IMG/VR virus record: IMGVR_UViG_3300010403_000001 | Coordinates: 1 to 64,000 of that record | DNA from: a virus | Length of the DNA stretch: 64,000 bases | Direction: 5' to 3' (one strand) | Part shown: one piece after another, positions 1 to 9,783 of the stretch | Numbering within the stretch: the stretch's first letter is position 1 | Layout of the letters: every line of letters starts with the position of its first letter | Notes under the pieces: model-generated | What the model was told of the DNA's origin: nothing | What the model saw: the letters and a program-made list of their open reading frames with translations, nothing else | Databases searched by the model: none | Translations under genes and position numbers: made by a program

Positions 1-1239
1 CCGGCCGTATTGCTCCTGTAGGTCTGTAAGGTCCTGAATGGCTGCAGCGTGTGCATCAATGTTTGCCTGTGCTTCTCTGTGGGTTTTGTTTAATTCCCTG
101 AGCTCACGAGCTGCATCCTTTGATATCCGACTGAATTTATAAATCCCTACTCCAGCAAATGTTAATGCGGCAGCAAGTGCCAGGAAGGGTCCAACTACAG
201 GGATTGCCGCCAAACCAAATATAGTGAGACCGGCACCTCCAGCCACAGCCACAGCCGCAAGCGTTTTGATCGCTCCACCAAGGAATCCTGTCTCTGCTGC
301 GAATTTGACGATCTTGCTTCCCGTGGACGCCAGTGTATTAAACCATGAAGCCAGGAATTTACCTGATTGTTCCAGGGCTGGCGTTAGCGCTACAATCGCC
401 GCAGTGTAGTTCTTAGTCTTCTCTGCCTCTGGTTGCACAAAACCTTTTCCAAAGGCCGCCTTGGCGCTTTCTACGGCCTTCTCGTGGGCAGTTGAGACCG
501 CTTCCAGATCCCTGGCGTATGATGACATTCCTCCGCGAGATTCCTCCAAGGCCTTAGTGAGATTAGTGGCCATGTCGATCGAGGACGATCCTGCCTGGGC
601 CAGTCGATCCAGATGTTGAGCCGTCAGGCTGCTCACCAGTCCCATTTGCCGGAGTTGTTCAACGGCTCTGTTTATCGGTTCACCATTATGCAGAGCGGTA
701 TAGAAATCCCCGACAGCTGCTGCTGATTCTGCGATCCCATTACCTGATGCAGCGGCCGCATCACCAATGGTTCTAAGTGCACCGGTGCCGGCGAATGCGC
801 CCCGGGTTAACCCACGAAGATTCTTGTCGGCTTCCGCTACACTTTCAAATTTAAACGGTGTGCTGTTTGCGAAATTCAGCAGCTCGGCAACATGCCGCCT
901 GGCTTCTCTGGCACCTCCAACCAATGGGGTGAATACCCTTTGGAATCTCTGGATCTCTGATAATCGTTTTATTGCAGCATCAAGAGATCCGGTATCTTTA
1001 ACCAATGACCGTACAGCAGCACCGACAGCGGTAAATGTTCCTACCAGGGCTACGCGAATCAGAAGGAAATCTTTGGCTGTCTTTATTAGCGCCTTGAAAG
1101 CACTGTCGCCTTCTTTCATGCGCTTATTGAAATCCCCGGCAGTAAATGCTGCACCGAGTCCACCCATCAGTAGTCCACCGCCATATGCAAACTTCGCATT
1201 GGCCTTCAGGAATTGAGCGATAGCGTTACCTGCTGGCAT
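1..1239 (-). CDS. Tail tape measure protein (5' part, runs off the window)
   Basis: ATG at 1239 overlaps the TAA of the upstream gene. Manual translation (MPAGNAIAQFLKANAK...ELLNFANSTPFKFESVAEADKNLRG...LRTIGDAAAASG) resembles a tape-measure domain. Ala/Gly-rich, and it follows the tail tube and chaperone genes. Confidence 0.85.
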   Translation of the reverse strand, partial: MPAGNAIAQFLKANAKFAYGGGLLMGGLGAAFTAGDFNKRMKEGDSAFKALIKTAKDFLLIRVALVGTFTAVGAAVRSLVKDTGSLDAAIKRLSEIQRFQRVFTPLVGGAREARRHVAELLNFANSTPFKFESVAEADKNLRGLTRGAFAGTGALRTIGDAAAASGNGIAESAAAVGDFYTALHNGEPINRAVEQLRQMGLVSSLTAQHLDRLAQAGSSSIDMATNLTKALEESRGGMSSYARDLEAVSTAHEKAVESAKAAFGKGFVQPEAEKTKNYTAAIVALTPALEQSGKFLASWFNTLASTGSKIVKFAAETGFLGGAIKTLAAVAVAGGAGLTIFGLAAIPVVGPFLALAAALTFAGVGIYKFSRISKDAARELRELNKTHREAQANIDAHAAAIQDLTDLQEQYGR

Positions 1240-1805
1240 TATTTAACCCCTGCGGCTTTCAATTCTTCCTGGAACTTGCGTCCCTCTTCATCCAGGAAAT
1301 CGAGTCGCTCTCCCTGTAATTCCAGAAACATGGCTTCTGCGATGTAAGTCTCCCCTATTGGCATATCCCATATCATGGTCACTGGAAGATTAGCCCCACG
1401 GGCTGCACGATGTGCAACTACCACCACGGGCGGCGCTGGAGTGGTAGGCATTCCAACGTAACGCGGTCCTTTGAAATCCACCTGCTGGATCGTATACTCC
1501 GGACGATTCAAGTAGTCCCCTACGTATATCATAAAACGAGCTACAGCCCTCTCTAGTCCCTTTAGTGTCAGAAGGAGTGGGAATACTGGTCGCTTGACTC
1601 GGCTTTGCCGATACCGAAGGCAACAAATTCCAACTGCTGTCTTCAGATCAAAGAGCGTTATCTCTCCATTAGTTACAAATGGGGAGTCGATAGTCTGAAG
1701 TAACAGTAAGTGCCAGAGAGAGAATGGCTTGAGGGTTCGACCGAAGATCCTGTGTCGAATCTCGTTGTCGATATACGCCGCAGCAAATACACGATCCAGT
1801 GCCAC
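1239..1805 (-). CDS. Probable tail assembly chaperone
   Basis: 188 aa; lies between the tail tube-like gene and the tape measure. Confidence 0.5.
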   Translation of the reverse strand: MALDRVFAAAYIDNEIRHRIFGRTLKPFSLWHLLLLQTIDSPFVTNGEITLFDLKTAVGICCLRYRQSRVKRPVFPLLLTLKGLERAVARFMIYVGDYLNRPEYTIQQVDFKGPRYVGMPTTPAPPVVVVAHRAARGANLPVTMIWDMPIGETYIAEAMFLELQGERLDFLDEEGRKFQEELKAAGVK

Positions 1806-1833
1806 GGCTAATTCAGGGCTAATGTCAACCCTG

Positions 1834-2202
1834 TTAGCTTGTGATCAGTGCGTAACTTTCAGCTTCAAGAGTGACCTCGTTGAATTCACCCTTACGCTTC
1901 GGCTGACTGACATTCCTTACGATATAGAATCGTGTGAGGAATGTGAATGATGCTGAAATAGAAGCTGGGTCAAATCCGGTGATAATATATCCACCGAATG
2001 TGGCTGTGATTTTACGTTTATCAGGCTTGGTCGTAACCACCGACTCGGTTACGCCTTCACCATCCTGGGCTTGTGCAAAGGTTTCAGCTTCGTATCGAAG
2101 CTCAGCCGATCGAGCGACAAAACCAGTGATAGTCGGAGCATCCGAAGATGAGAATCCGAACAGATAACTTTGACCGAACTGATTGCTATTTACGAGTGGC
2201 AT
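1834..2202 (-). CDS. Probable tail tube / major tail protein
   Basis: 122 aa, beta-rich; upstream of chaperone and tape measure. Confidence 0.5.
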   Translation of the reverse strand: MPLVNSNQFGQSYLFGFSSSDAPTITGFVARSAELRYEAETFAQAQDGEGVTESVVTTKPDKRKITATFGGYIITGFDPASISASFTFLTRFYIVRNVSQPKRKGEFNEVTLEAESYALITS

Positions 2203-2208
2203 AATCTT

Positions 2209-2565
2209 TTATCCAGCTACGACCCATGCCTGGCATGGAGCCGTATCTGCCTTGGCGTAGACGGTTCCAGTTTCCGGCAATAGAAGAACACCTGCTCCAG
2301 GTGTGAGCTTCTGTGGGAATTTATCCAGTGTACCGACTGAATCGACGGTCAAAAAGTTCGTAGTGTCCAGATTGATCACCAGGAGTATGGAGGGATTCGT
2401 GAGTCCACCGACGTATAGTGTAGCAGCAGTGGTACTCCCAACCGTAACTTCCTCCCCAATAAATGTCGTTGAAGAAAGACTTGTGGTGAAACTTTTAGAA
2501 CCCGTTACGCTCTGACCACCCGAAGAAATCGTGCAGCTTACAGAGGAGTTGATCTCGTTTGCCAT
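2209..2565 (-). CDS. Virion structural protein, paralog of 2590..2946
   Basis: Shares MANEI...FIGxE...NLDTTNF...FPQKLxPGxGV.L.P..YAKA.TA.C..WVVA with its neighbour. Confidence 0.7.
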   Translation of the reverse strand: MANEINSSVSCTISSGGQSVTGSKSFTTSLSSTTFIGEEVTVGSTTAATLYVGGLTNPSILLVINLDTTNFLTVDSVGTLDKFPQKLTPGAGVLLLPETGTVYAKADTAPCQAWVVAG

Positions 2566-2589
2566 GTCACATTTAGTCTTGTCAACCGA

Positions 2590-2946
2590 TTACGCAGCGA
2601 CCACCCAGACACGACAGGATGCGGTATTTGCCTTGGCATAAATAGGCACAGCTTGTGGGAATAAAAACACCCCCTTGCCTGGCAGTATTTTCTGAGGGAA
2701 GTTCGCCATGCCACTATCATTGTCTACCTCAACGTAATTGGTAGTGTCCATATTCCGCACGAATAGGAATACTGGAGTCGAACCAATATCCCCGAGAAAG
2801 ATTGTTTCGGCCGCTGTGCCGATGAGCTGCTCGTTTCCAATGAACGCATTGTTGGAGGCATCGGAGGTTCCTGATATGGTTCCGGATGCCACCTGGCTGT
2901 TTATGGAGACGGATACGGTTATATTCGTTGTGATTTCGTTCGCCAT
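2590..2946 (-). CDS. Virion structural protein, paralog of 2209..2565
   Basis: 118 aa tandem paralog in the tail region. Confidence 0.7.
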   Translation of the reverse strand: MANEITTNITVSVSINSQVASGTISGTSDASNNAFIGNEQLIGTAAETIFLGDIGSTPVFLFVRNMDTTNYVEVDNDSGMANFPQKILPGKGVFLFPQAVPIYAKANTASCRVWVVAA

Positions 2947-2963
2947 TATCTACCAAATCAATA

Positions 2964-3941
2964 TCAACTCACAGAGGCTGATCCGCCGGCAATGATTTGA
3001 ACATCTGAGACACCCGTAGACCGAATGTAAAATGTTCCTGGCGTACTCGGTGTAAGATACACACCAGACTTGGGTGGTATCCTCTGCGGGAATTGATCAA
3101 AACTGGCAGATGAATCTACCTCTACGAATTCGACATCATCGAGATTGTTCACGAACACAATACTATTAGCTTCACTGACAGTGATTGTTATTGGGGTCGT
3201 GGACACCGATTCTTCGGTGGTGAAATAATTTCCTCTCCGTGCAAGGGTTATAACGCCACCACTGAGTTCCTGCAGGGCGGATTTTATCCTTACCCAGATC
3301 TCTGACCAAAACATCGACCATCCATTCAGTAATGTTCCATGAAAACTGAGAGTTGATGTCATGGTAACGAAGAAATTACCGAAGAGGTCGCTAACAAAAT
3401 CAGCAACAAATGATAATGCAGCCGTGACAGTTTTGTAGATCGCATTCGCTAGGTTTCCAGAAAACGATATTGCGGCCGTTAGAATCCTGTTAGCTGCGTA
3501 GGATGATAATAATGTCCCCACAGACGATAATGTCGCCAGCATTAATCGTGGCGATGATTTGGTGTTAGCGGCGTGGAAAGACAGGGTGCTGTAGAATTCA
3601 ATGATCCATGTCAGGATCAGTGCGAACAGGTATGCAAACGAAGTGGAGAACGATAATCTCGGGGCGGTACTATCCTCGAATGTTTTAATGTAAATGTTCC
3701 TGTAGACCGTTGCCCCAACATCCCAGACGATCGCCTGTATTGGCTGGAGTAATTTCGGATGTTCGAGACTCGATCCGCTATCTAGATTATCTTCCGCAGA
3801 ATTGGATTCGAAGAAATCATCGTACGGCTGTGGACCCGTGGCGGCATCGAAATTCGCGGCAGAAAACGGATCTTCTAAATTGTCATCTCCATAATCGGCA
3901 ATGACGTTGTAACCTGTAGACGCATCTATTAAAGCAGCCAT
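2964..3941 (-). CDS. Tail-associated protein with LSF-type repeats and a C-terminal domain paralogous to 2209/2590
   Basis: Repeats LSFSTSF/LSFHAAN/ISFSGNL/LSFVADF/LSFHGTL; C-terminal NLDDVEFVEVDSS..FPQRIPPKSGVYLTP. Confidence 0.55.
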   Translation of the reverse strand: MAALIDASTGYNVIADYGDDNLEDPFSAANFDAATGPQPYDDFFESNSAEDNLDSGSSLEHPKLLQPIQAIVWDVGATVYRNIYIKTFEDSTAPRLSFSTSFAYLFALILTWIIEFYSTLSFHAANTKSSPRLMLATLSSVGTLLSSYAANRILTAAISFSGNLANAIYKTVTAALSFVADFVSDLFGNFFVTMTSTLSFHGTLLNGWSMFWSEIWVRIKSALQELSGGVITLARRGNYFTTEESVSTTPITITVSEANSIVFVNNLDDVEFVEVDSSASFDQFPQRIPPKSGVYLTPSTPGTFYIRSTGVSDVQIIAGGSASVS

Positions 3942-5711
3942 TTAGGTTGCTCTGGTGAATATGATCATGGATTCGGAACCAGTACTTCCGAAGAATTGCG
4001 TGGTTGCGCCTGGACTAACTGCCGTCCAGGTATTCCCGGCGATCGTCATTGTATCCCCAATTGATACCGTTCCCCCAACCACAATCGCCAGCAGATCATT
4101 CTTCCAAAGTCCTTTGGCGTATCCCCAGTTGTTAGCTCCTGAGTTTCCGGCAGCGCGACCCGGTGTATGGGCCACAAATACTCTGGCAGCATGAACTTTT
4201 CCGCTTGCCCAAAAATCCTGTTGTGCGGAAGCGTTAGTAGTGAAGCGTTCAAGGGTAGCTGTAGTCCATGGTCTGCATGTGCAAGAAAATGCTGTAGTTG
4301 AAATAGACACCGTAACTCCCATTGCTCTGGTCATGCTAGATCCGTTTGCAGCTGACGTTGTATTCTGTATACACGCGAGCGGAAAGTCGGTCAGATTGGT
4401 TACAAATGAATCCAGAAGCATAGCAGAGAAGCATTTCTCTGCTGCCCCAACTCTTGTTGCAATCCATACTAGATTGGGTGTTAACTTGATCCAGTAGCTA
4501 AATGAGGACGTGGTAAGACTTTGATGGGTTTGTTGAGCCCGATTATTGTTAGTGACTGCAGCTACACTTCCTATGGCTCCTCCATAAGGACCCAGTGTCG
4601 GACTCGCTGACCAGTCGATTTGATCTGGAGTCAATGTAGTCGTAGCTACTGCTCCCCTACGGAATAATTCATTACCATCGTAATCTTCGAAGGCGTTAAA
4701 AGAAGAATTTACCGCACCATCAGGAGAGGGGATTTCAATAACAAAATACCAGTCTTTGCCAAGATCGTTGGCATTTGTAATTGAGGTAGAAGCTGTTGTT
4801 CTTTGAAATTCAAATCCAATAGCGGCCCAAGATGTAATCGTTCCACTATTTGTAAATTGAGGCGTAAGATCAATATCGGCGTTATGTGTGTTTGGTCGCC
4901 ACTCTCCACGAGCATGAACTAATGGAGTTGTATAAGTATTATCTGCGGATAATGAAGTCCATCCATTTTTAAGAGTATAAGCAGCTCCGCCAGCCTCCGC
5001 CGCATAGGCAACCTGAATACTTTGAGCGCCAAGCATAGTAGCAAAAGTAGTTGAATGCGTGAGAGACGATGTGCCATTACCGCCATTAACAGCGATTCCA
5101 ATTTTAGTAGCACCTGTTCCATCAACTCCGTCTGCGCCAAGTGTAAGATCACAACCATCCCATTGATCAACAATAACCAAACATCCTGTTTGGGTAACGC
5201 CACTAAAATCTACCGTAAGGGTTGTTCCCGTTGGGGCTGAAGCACTTGATTTACCAATCCAAAGAGTAGTTTTAACATCTCCTGTTCCACCAATGGCTCC
5301 CGCTTGAGATTTAATTTTAGTGAAGGTGGGGGCATTTGAACCATTAAGCGTTACTGTAGCTGGATCGTCAGGAGTTCCTGTTGTCTTGGTATTCGCAACA
5401 AAAACAGTAATAAATCTACTAGCAGATGGAACAGTAATGGTAAAGGCATATGAAGTTGCATCGGAAGACGATTGCTGCGCGCTTGCTAAAGCTTCCTGTT
5501 TGGCTCGATTGTAAAGATTTGTTGCCCCTCTACAACGAAATACATCTAATGAATAAGAAGTTGAGCCAGACTGACCAGCACTGGTTCCAGCTGGAATATT
5601 CTTTACAAAGCCCCAATTAGCAACGCCTGAAGTCCCAACGAGGGCCTGTAGTTTGGCAGATAATGCTGCCCATGGTGTTGCGCTAGTAATCGTTCCTGTA
5701 TCCCATGCCAT
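3942..5711 (-). CDS. Tail fibre / receptor-binding-like structural protein
   Basis: 589 aa, Thr/Ser/Gly/Ala-rich beta protein in the tail module. Confidence 0.55.
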   Translation of the reverse strand: MAWDTGTITSATPWAALSAKLQALVGTSGVANWGFVKNIPAGTSAGQSGSTSYSLDVFRCRGATNLYNRAKQEALASAQQSSSDATSYAFTITVPSASRFITVFVANTKTTGTPDDPATVTLNGSNAPTFTKIKSQAGAIGGTGDVKTTLWIGKSSASAPTGTTLTVDFSGVTQTGCLVIVDQWDGCDLTLGADGVDGTGATKIGIAVNGGNGTSSLTHSTTFATMLGAQSIQVAYAAEAGGAAYTLKNGWTSLSADNTYTTPLVHARGEWRPNTHNADIDLTPQFTNSGTITSWAAIGFEFQRTTASTSITNANDLGKDWYFVIEIPSPDGAVNSSFNAFEDYDGNELFRRGAVATTTLTPDQIDWSASPTLGPYGGAIGSVAAVTNNNRAQQTHQSLTTSSFSYWIKLTPNLVWIATRVGAAEKCFSAMLLDSFVTNLTDFPLACIQNTTSAANGSSMTRAMGVTVSISTTAFSCTCRPWTTATLERFTTNASAQQDFWASGKVHAARVFVAHTPGRAAGNSGANNWGYAKGLWKNDLLAIVVGGTVSIGDTMTIAGNTWTAVSPGATTQFFGSTGSESMIIFTRAT

Positions 5712-5713
5712 AA

Positions 5714-6142
5714 TTAATCAAATTCTGTTACGCCCATGGTAAACGATATAGTGTCACCATGCGCTTGCCGGTCACTGTCACTGAATTCATCCATAGTGGA
5801 GATATCCAGTCCGTGAACAATAAGACTATGGATTGGATCAGCACCATTGGTGATGGTCAACATGGCATTATAGATCTGCTGAACCGTATCAGATTGATCT
5901 GCCACGTCATCCTTGGTCTCCCTGGATACCCAAACAACAGTCCCAGTGAGCATGTAAGTTCTTTCGTAGCCGATTGTTTTCTCGGCATTATCGATCCAGA
6001 TGGCACCGAATGGTGGACGGGGCAATGTTACCCCTCCGTCGTCGTCCCCGCCTTTGGATGGATAGAATGATAGATCCGGAAGAAGTTCTGCCAGTAATCC
6101 TACGAGGCAGAGCTCGGCTTTTCGTTTGACTTCAAAGGCCAT
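5714..6142 (-). CDS. Probable tail terminator / completion protein
   Basis: 142 aa acidic protein downstream of the head-closure gene. Confidence 0.45.
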   Translation of the reverse strand: MAFEVKRKAELCLVGLLAELLPDLSFYPSKGGDDDGGVTLPRPPFGAIWIDNAEKTIGYERTYMLTGTVVWVSRETKDDVADQSDTVQQIYNAMLTITNGADPIHSLIVHGLDISTMDEFSDSDRQAHGDTISFTMGVTEFD

Positions 6143-6233
6143 AGTTTCTCCAGTGTCTTTTGCCAGTCAGCTTCAGCTTGGTCTTTACGTTTTTCCAGTT
6201 CACGATCATGTAACAGGTCAGAAACCTTATTGA

Positions 6234-6563
6234 TCATTTCCACACATCGATCTGTGGGGAACTGCATATTAGAGTCCGACAATCGTCTCCCTCCTGTTCG
6301 ATAGTAAGCACCGTGAAATCCTGGCCACGGGCAGTGATGATATCATCCTGCGCAACCGCACTTAAATCAAACACTTCTTTCCTGACGTATATCGTGGTGT
6401 TTACATCCTGGTATACGCCACCCTTCATAACCCTCGTAGAATCCGACTCATGATCGATAGCGATCGCTGGATATGTAACCCCTTTAAATATCCAGTCTTC
6501 AGTAAACGCCGCTTCCATGGACGGTAATGCGCCATTGAAAGCGTCAAAAAACTCCGTAGCCAT
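6234..6563 (-). CDS. Head-tail joining (lambda FII-like) protein
   Basis: Beta-rich ~109 aa (DDIITARGQDFTVLTIEQEG); next minus-strand gene after the major capsid gene. Confidence 0.6.
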   Translation of the reverse strand: MATEFFDAFNGALPSMEAAFTEDWIFKGVTYPAIAIDHESDSTRVMKGGVYQDVNTTIYVRKEVFDLSAVAQDDIITARGQDFTVLTIEQEGDDCRTLICSSPQIDVWK

Positions 6564-6587
6564 CAAACAACAAACCAGATATCAACC

Positions 6588-6779
6588 ATGAAGCAAACCA
6601 TCAATAAAGAAAGAGAGAAGCAAGGCATTGATGCCATTATGTTCCTGCAAAAGAAATTCTTCAAGAAAGGAGCATGGGACAGGCCATGGGCCCGGAAGGG
6701 ATGGCGTAGTATGTCGCAACATGAACAGGACTTCCTTATGAAGTTTTACAAAGCAGCAGCTAACGGGAAAATCAAATGA
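6588..6779 (+). CDS. Hypothetical protein (plus-strand island)
   Basis: 63 aa; ATGA overlap with the next ORF. Confidence 0.5.
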   Translation: MKQTINKEREKQGIDAIMFLQKKFFKKGAWDRPWARKGWRSMSQHEQDFLMKFYKAAANGKIK

Positions 6780-6973
6780 CATCAAAAGAACGAAAAAAGA
6801 TCAGGAAAAATATAACCAAAACAGGATTTTGGCGGGACTATAACTATGATCCTCCAACTTCAAATGATCCAGGGAATGGTATTTACACTGAGCAATGGGT
6901 ATCCAACTTAGACAATACAAGGATCACTATAGAATGGGATGAACGAACAGGTGAAGAAGAGGAAGATGAGTGA
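6776..6973 (+). CDS. Hypothetical protein (plus-strand island)
   Basis: 65 aa, ends just before a hairpin terminator. Confidence 0.5.
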   Translation: MTSKERKKIRKNITKTGFWRDYNYDPPTSNDPGNGIYTEQWVSNLDNTRITIEWDERTGEEEEDE

Positions 6974-6984
6974 GCTGTAAACAC

Positions 6985-7014
6985 AAAAGGGCCGCATCAT
7001 TACGGATGCGGCCC
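6985..7014 (-). terminator. Intrinsic terminator after the major capsid gene (possibly bidirectional)
   Basis: 10-bp stem GGGCCGCATC/GATGCGGCCC followed by TTTT on the minus strand; sits between convergent genes. Confidence 0.75.
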
Positions 7015-7043
7015 CCTCGTGTTTGTTCTGTGCCTAATTAGTA

Positions 7044-8021
7044 TTACGCGTATTGAGTCGTGATCAGCTGGACGCAGTTGGGAGATACTGTTTTCAGTAC
7101 TCGGTTGCTGCGGATACGGAGCATATTGCCCCGACGCTTTTCATCGCGGTAGCTTTCTGAGGTGAACAAGCCGCCTGGCGAATCTGCATCCCACACGATC
7201 GTGCGGCCGACTCCACCATTCATGAAGTCTCCTTCAGCCCTGCGGACCAGTGCGATATAAGTGTTTGGCCACACTGGAACCACCGTGGTGGTGGGTGTAG
7301 CTTTTTTAAGTGAGGTGTCGTAGGATTTCTTAGCAATCAAGATTTCCTGCAACCCGAACACATTGGCGAACATCTGCTCAGTGATCTGGCTGCCACCCTG
7401 GTTTACGTTCAAGTAACCGTAAACGTAGGTTTGGAGTTTCTGTGACCGGCGAATTCTGTTCCACAGCGACAAGCTCATGACTGCAGTCGTTGGGACTTCT
7501 CCCAGGAAGGTCATGCGCTCGATTGCCGCATTCATATCCAGTGGAACATCAAACGTGGCGATGTTGGCTTCCGTGTAGGCTACGGTTGAGTTGGTAGCCG
7601 TGAAGGTTGAGGAATTGTAAAGGGTCGTTGCAATCTCAAGCTCGTAATCCAACATCAGTGAGTTCATCAACAGCTTGGAGGTGATAACCTCAGCGTCGAA
7701 GAAACTTTCCATCCGGCGAGCTACGACATCATCAACGCGCTCTTCCAAACCGAACTCTTCGGTCTGGTAGCTGTCCCACTCGAATTTACGAGTGAGTTCG
7801 TTGTAGGTGCCGGTCTCATTTCGTTTGGTGGAGCCGTAGCCAGTTCCCGCTTTCAGGAGCTCTGCAGCACCGATACGGAATTTAGGATAACGACCTACTT
7901 CACGTCCACTGGGATAGGTTGGGTAAATCAGTTGTCCGATGTAGAGTTTTTCCTGGGCAACTGCTTCCATCAACACTGTGCTGATGTCTGCCCTTGGTAC
8001 ACTGTCAGTTGTATTAAACAT
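7044..8021 (-). CDS. Major capsid protein (HK97 fold, lambda E-like)
   Basis: 325 aa, follows protease/scaffold and decoration genes; segments YQTEEFGLEERVDD and ESYRDEKRRGNMLRIR resemble lambda-E-type capsid proteins. Confidence 0.85.
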   Translation of the reverse strand: MFNTTDSVPRADISTVLMEAVAQEKLYIGQLIYPTYPSGREVGRYPKFRIGAAELLKAGTGYGSTKRNETGTYNELTRKFEWDSYQTEEFGLEERVDDVVARRMESFFDAEVITSKLLMNSLMLDYELEIATTLYNSSTFTATNSTVAYTEANIATFDVPLDMNAAIERMTFLGEVPTTAVMSLSLWNRIRRSQKLQTYVYGYLNVNQGGSQITEQMFANVFGLQEILIAKKSYDTSLKKATPTTTVVPVWPNTYIALVRRAEGDFMNGGVGRTIVWDADSPGGLFTSESYRDEKRRGNMLRIRSNRVLKTVSPNCVQLITTQYA

Positions 8022-8039
8022 AAGCTCTGGGGGTATTTA

Positions 8040-8423
8040 TTATACGAAGATCACTCGGACAATTGCTCCGCTTGCAGCCGTAAAAGCGTCTACTGAGACT
8101 GCGACCACATTAGATCCACTGGGGACCAACATGCCTGCGTTCGCTGCATCCAACGCCAGGGTTGCACCTGCGGCCACTGCGGCACTCGATGCACCGATCA
8201 TTGCATAATGGACTCCGGAATACCGGCGATGAACGGCAATGGCTTTACCGAGGTAAACGCCATCCTCCTGCTTGGGCATGGCCCGGATCATGGTTCCGAT
8301 CATGACCGCGCCGTCGGATGAAGTTGCGATATCAGCTCCGGTCGAGGTCAGTTTAATGACCTTGTACTCCTGACCTGTCAGGTCGCCAGCTGCTTTAAGA
8401 CTGATTACATTATTGGTATTCAT
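8040..8423 (-). CDS. Capsid decoration / cement protein
   Basis: 127 aa (AAGDL..., AAVAAGATLALDAANAG, A..SGAIVRV) immediately upstream of the capsid gene. Confidence 0.7.
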   Translation of the reverse strand: MNTNNVISLKAAGDLTGQEYKVIKLTSTGADIATSSDGAVMIGTMIRAMPKQEDGVYLGKAIAVHRRYSGVHYAMIGASSAAVAAGATLALDAANAGMLVPSGSNVVAVSVDAFTAASGAIVRVIFV

Positions 8424-8441
8424 TTGTTCTGGGGGGAATCA

Positions 8442-9230
8442 TTAGGCCGCCGTTGCCGGTTTGTTTTTCAGGGACTGAAGCCAGTCCGCGTGCATGGCGG
8501 GGTTTTCTTTCTGTGCAAGCAGGATAGCTTCACCCTCTGTTTTCCCGCTTGTTTTAAGCTGCTGGACCCGGACTTGAAATTCATGGAGCTGGCCATCGTC
8601 ATTAGCACTGAAGAGTCGCAGGCCGTTATCTACACCAGCCCTGACAGGGCGCGTGCCAGTCCTGTTAGCCAGGCGTAGAGCATCATTTTCTGCTTTGTAG
8701 CCCTCGGCCAGTTTAATGGCTTTGTCTCTCTGCTCTGCCAGGATCATAACTTTTTCCTCAATGGATTTAAGTTCGATCTCTTCTGCATCTCGTTTGGCCT
8801 GTAGCTCTTTGAGGGCTTGCTTATTTTTGAGTTGGATAACTTCCTTCTGTAGAGCGGCGAAGTTCGCAGCGCCACTGGTTCCACCTACGGCTTCACCTGC
8901 TACTCCTGCTACGACACCGGCAGGTTCACCTTGGACTTGAGCTTGTTCCTGGCCTTGGACTTGGGATTGCTCGCCTTCCATGCCGGCGAGAACTTCCTGG
9001 ACTGCGGCGTCGACTTCGGCGCGAGTAAGTCCAAGCTGGGCCAGATCTTCATCGCTTGCTTCCACGAGATCTTGCAATGAAGGCTCATTCTGCCCTCCAA
9101 AGTTCTCGTTCAAAACTTGTTCATGTTGCTCAATTCGTTCGTTGAGCTGATTAAGGGCGGCCATTACATCCTGTAGTGTTGGTTCAGGGTCTGCCACCTG
9201 TTCTTGTGCTTCCTGCTTTTCTTTGGCCAT
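8442..9230 (-). CDS. Nested in-frame scaffolding protein (internal start Met178, MAKEKQEAQ...)
   Basis: TTGACA-N14-ATG signature at 9250..9228, at the protease/coiled-coil boundary. Confidence 0.6.
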   Translation of the reverse strand: MAKEKQEAQEQVADPEPTLQDVMAALNQLNERIEQHEQVLNENFGGQNEPSLQDLVEASDEDLAQLGLTRAEVDAAVQEVLAGMEGEQSQVQGQEQAQVQGEPAGVVAGVAGEAVGGTSGAANFAALQKEVIQLKNKQALKELQAKRDAEEIELKSIEEKVMILAEQRDKAIKLAEGYKAENDALRLANRTGTRPVRAGVDNGLRLFSANDDGQLHEFQVRVQQLKTSGKTEGEAILLAQKENPAMHADWLQSLKNKPATAA

Positions 9231-9761
9231 GCCAATTTGAGAACTGTCAACTTCAGGGACAGAGAAAAGACCGGCATTAGCAGCAGGACGGATTACACAA
9301 TCAACAGACATAAGTTTCTCACATCTCGCAGCAAACTTACCATTGCCCAATGGCTCACCATTCATATTCCCTTTGGGTGGCTTGAACGCTGTAGACATAC
9401 CGAAACAGGTAGGCATCACTTCAGCACGCTCAAGGAGCTTGGGAGTTTCGTCGTGGCTTTTCAGGAGATGCCAGTCAGCACGCAGTTTGTCTCCGTCTCT
9501 TCGGAAACCAGTCAGGTAACCATTGAGGTCTTTGACTCCGCTACCATGATCCAGGCATACGGCCACTTTCCCGCGTTCTTTTGCTGATGCCTGGATTTGG
9601 TTTAGGAGCGTATCATCAACTTCCAGGTTGTGACCTTCAGCGGTCAATCCACCAGTGATAACACTGACTCCACGGATTACGGCATTTTGACGATCGATCG
9701 TTCCGGTTGTTCCGGTAAAAAGATCCTCACTTTTAAAACAGATTTCACTTTCGTTCGGCAT
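8442..9761 (-). CDS. Prohead protease fused to scaffolding domain
   Basis: N-terminal protease-like motifs (CLDHG, FGMST, SVDCVIRPAAN); C-terminal Q/E/A-rich coiled coil; position upstream of decoration and capsid genes. Confidence 0.8.
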   Translation of the reverse strand: MPNESEICFKSEDLFTGTTGTIDRQNAVIRGVSVITGGLTAEGHNLEVDDTLLNQIQASAKERGKVAVCLDHGSGVKDLNGYLTGFRRDGDKLRADWHLLKSHDETPKLLERAEVMPTCFGMSTAFKPPKGNMNGEPLGNGKFAARCEKLMSVDCVIRPAANAGLFSVPEVDSSQIGMAKEKQEAQEQVADPEPTLQDVMAALNQLNERIEQHEQVLNENFGGQNEPSLQDLVEASDEDLAQLGLTRAEVDAAVQEVLAGMEGEQSQVQGQEQAQVQGEPAGVVAGVAGEAVGGTSGAANFAALQKEVIQLKNKQALKELQAKRDAEEIELKSIEEKVMILAEQRDKAIKLAEGYKAENDALRLANRTGTRPVRAGVDNGLRLFSANDDGQLHEFQVRVQQLKTSGKTEGEAILLAQKENPAMHADWLQSLKNKPATAA

Positions 9762-9783
9762 GCTGCATGCCAGATTGTCAACG

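Noticed and set aside
224-1216. Plus-strand ORFs 224..409 and 767..1216
   Set aside because: Antisense shadows of the tape-measure gene. The same applies to most listed ORFs lying opposite well-supported genes.
1239-1805. Tail-chaperone programmed frameshift
   Set aside because: A single ORF runs directly into the tape-measure start, and no second-frame extension is evident.
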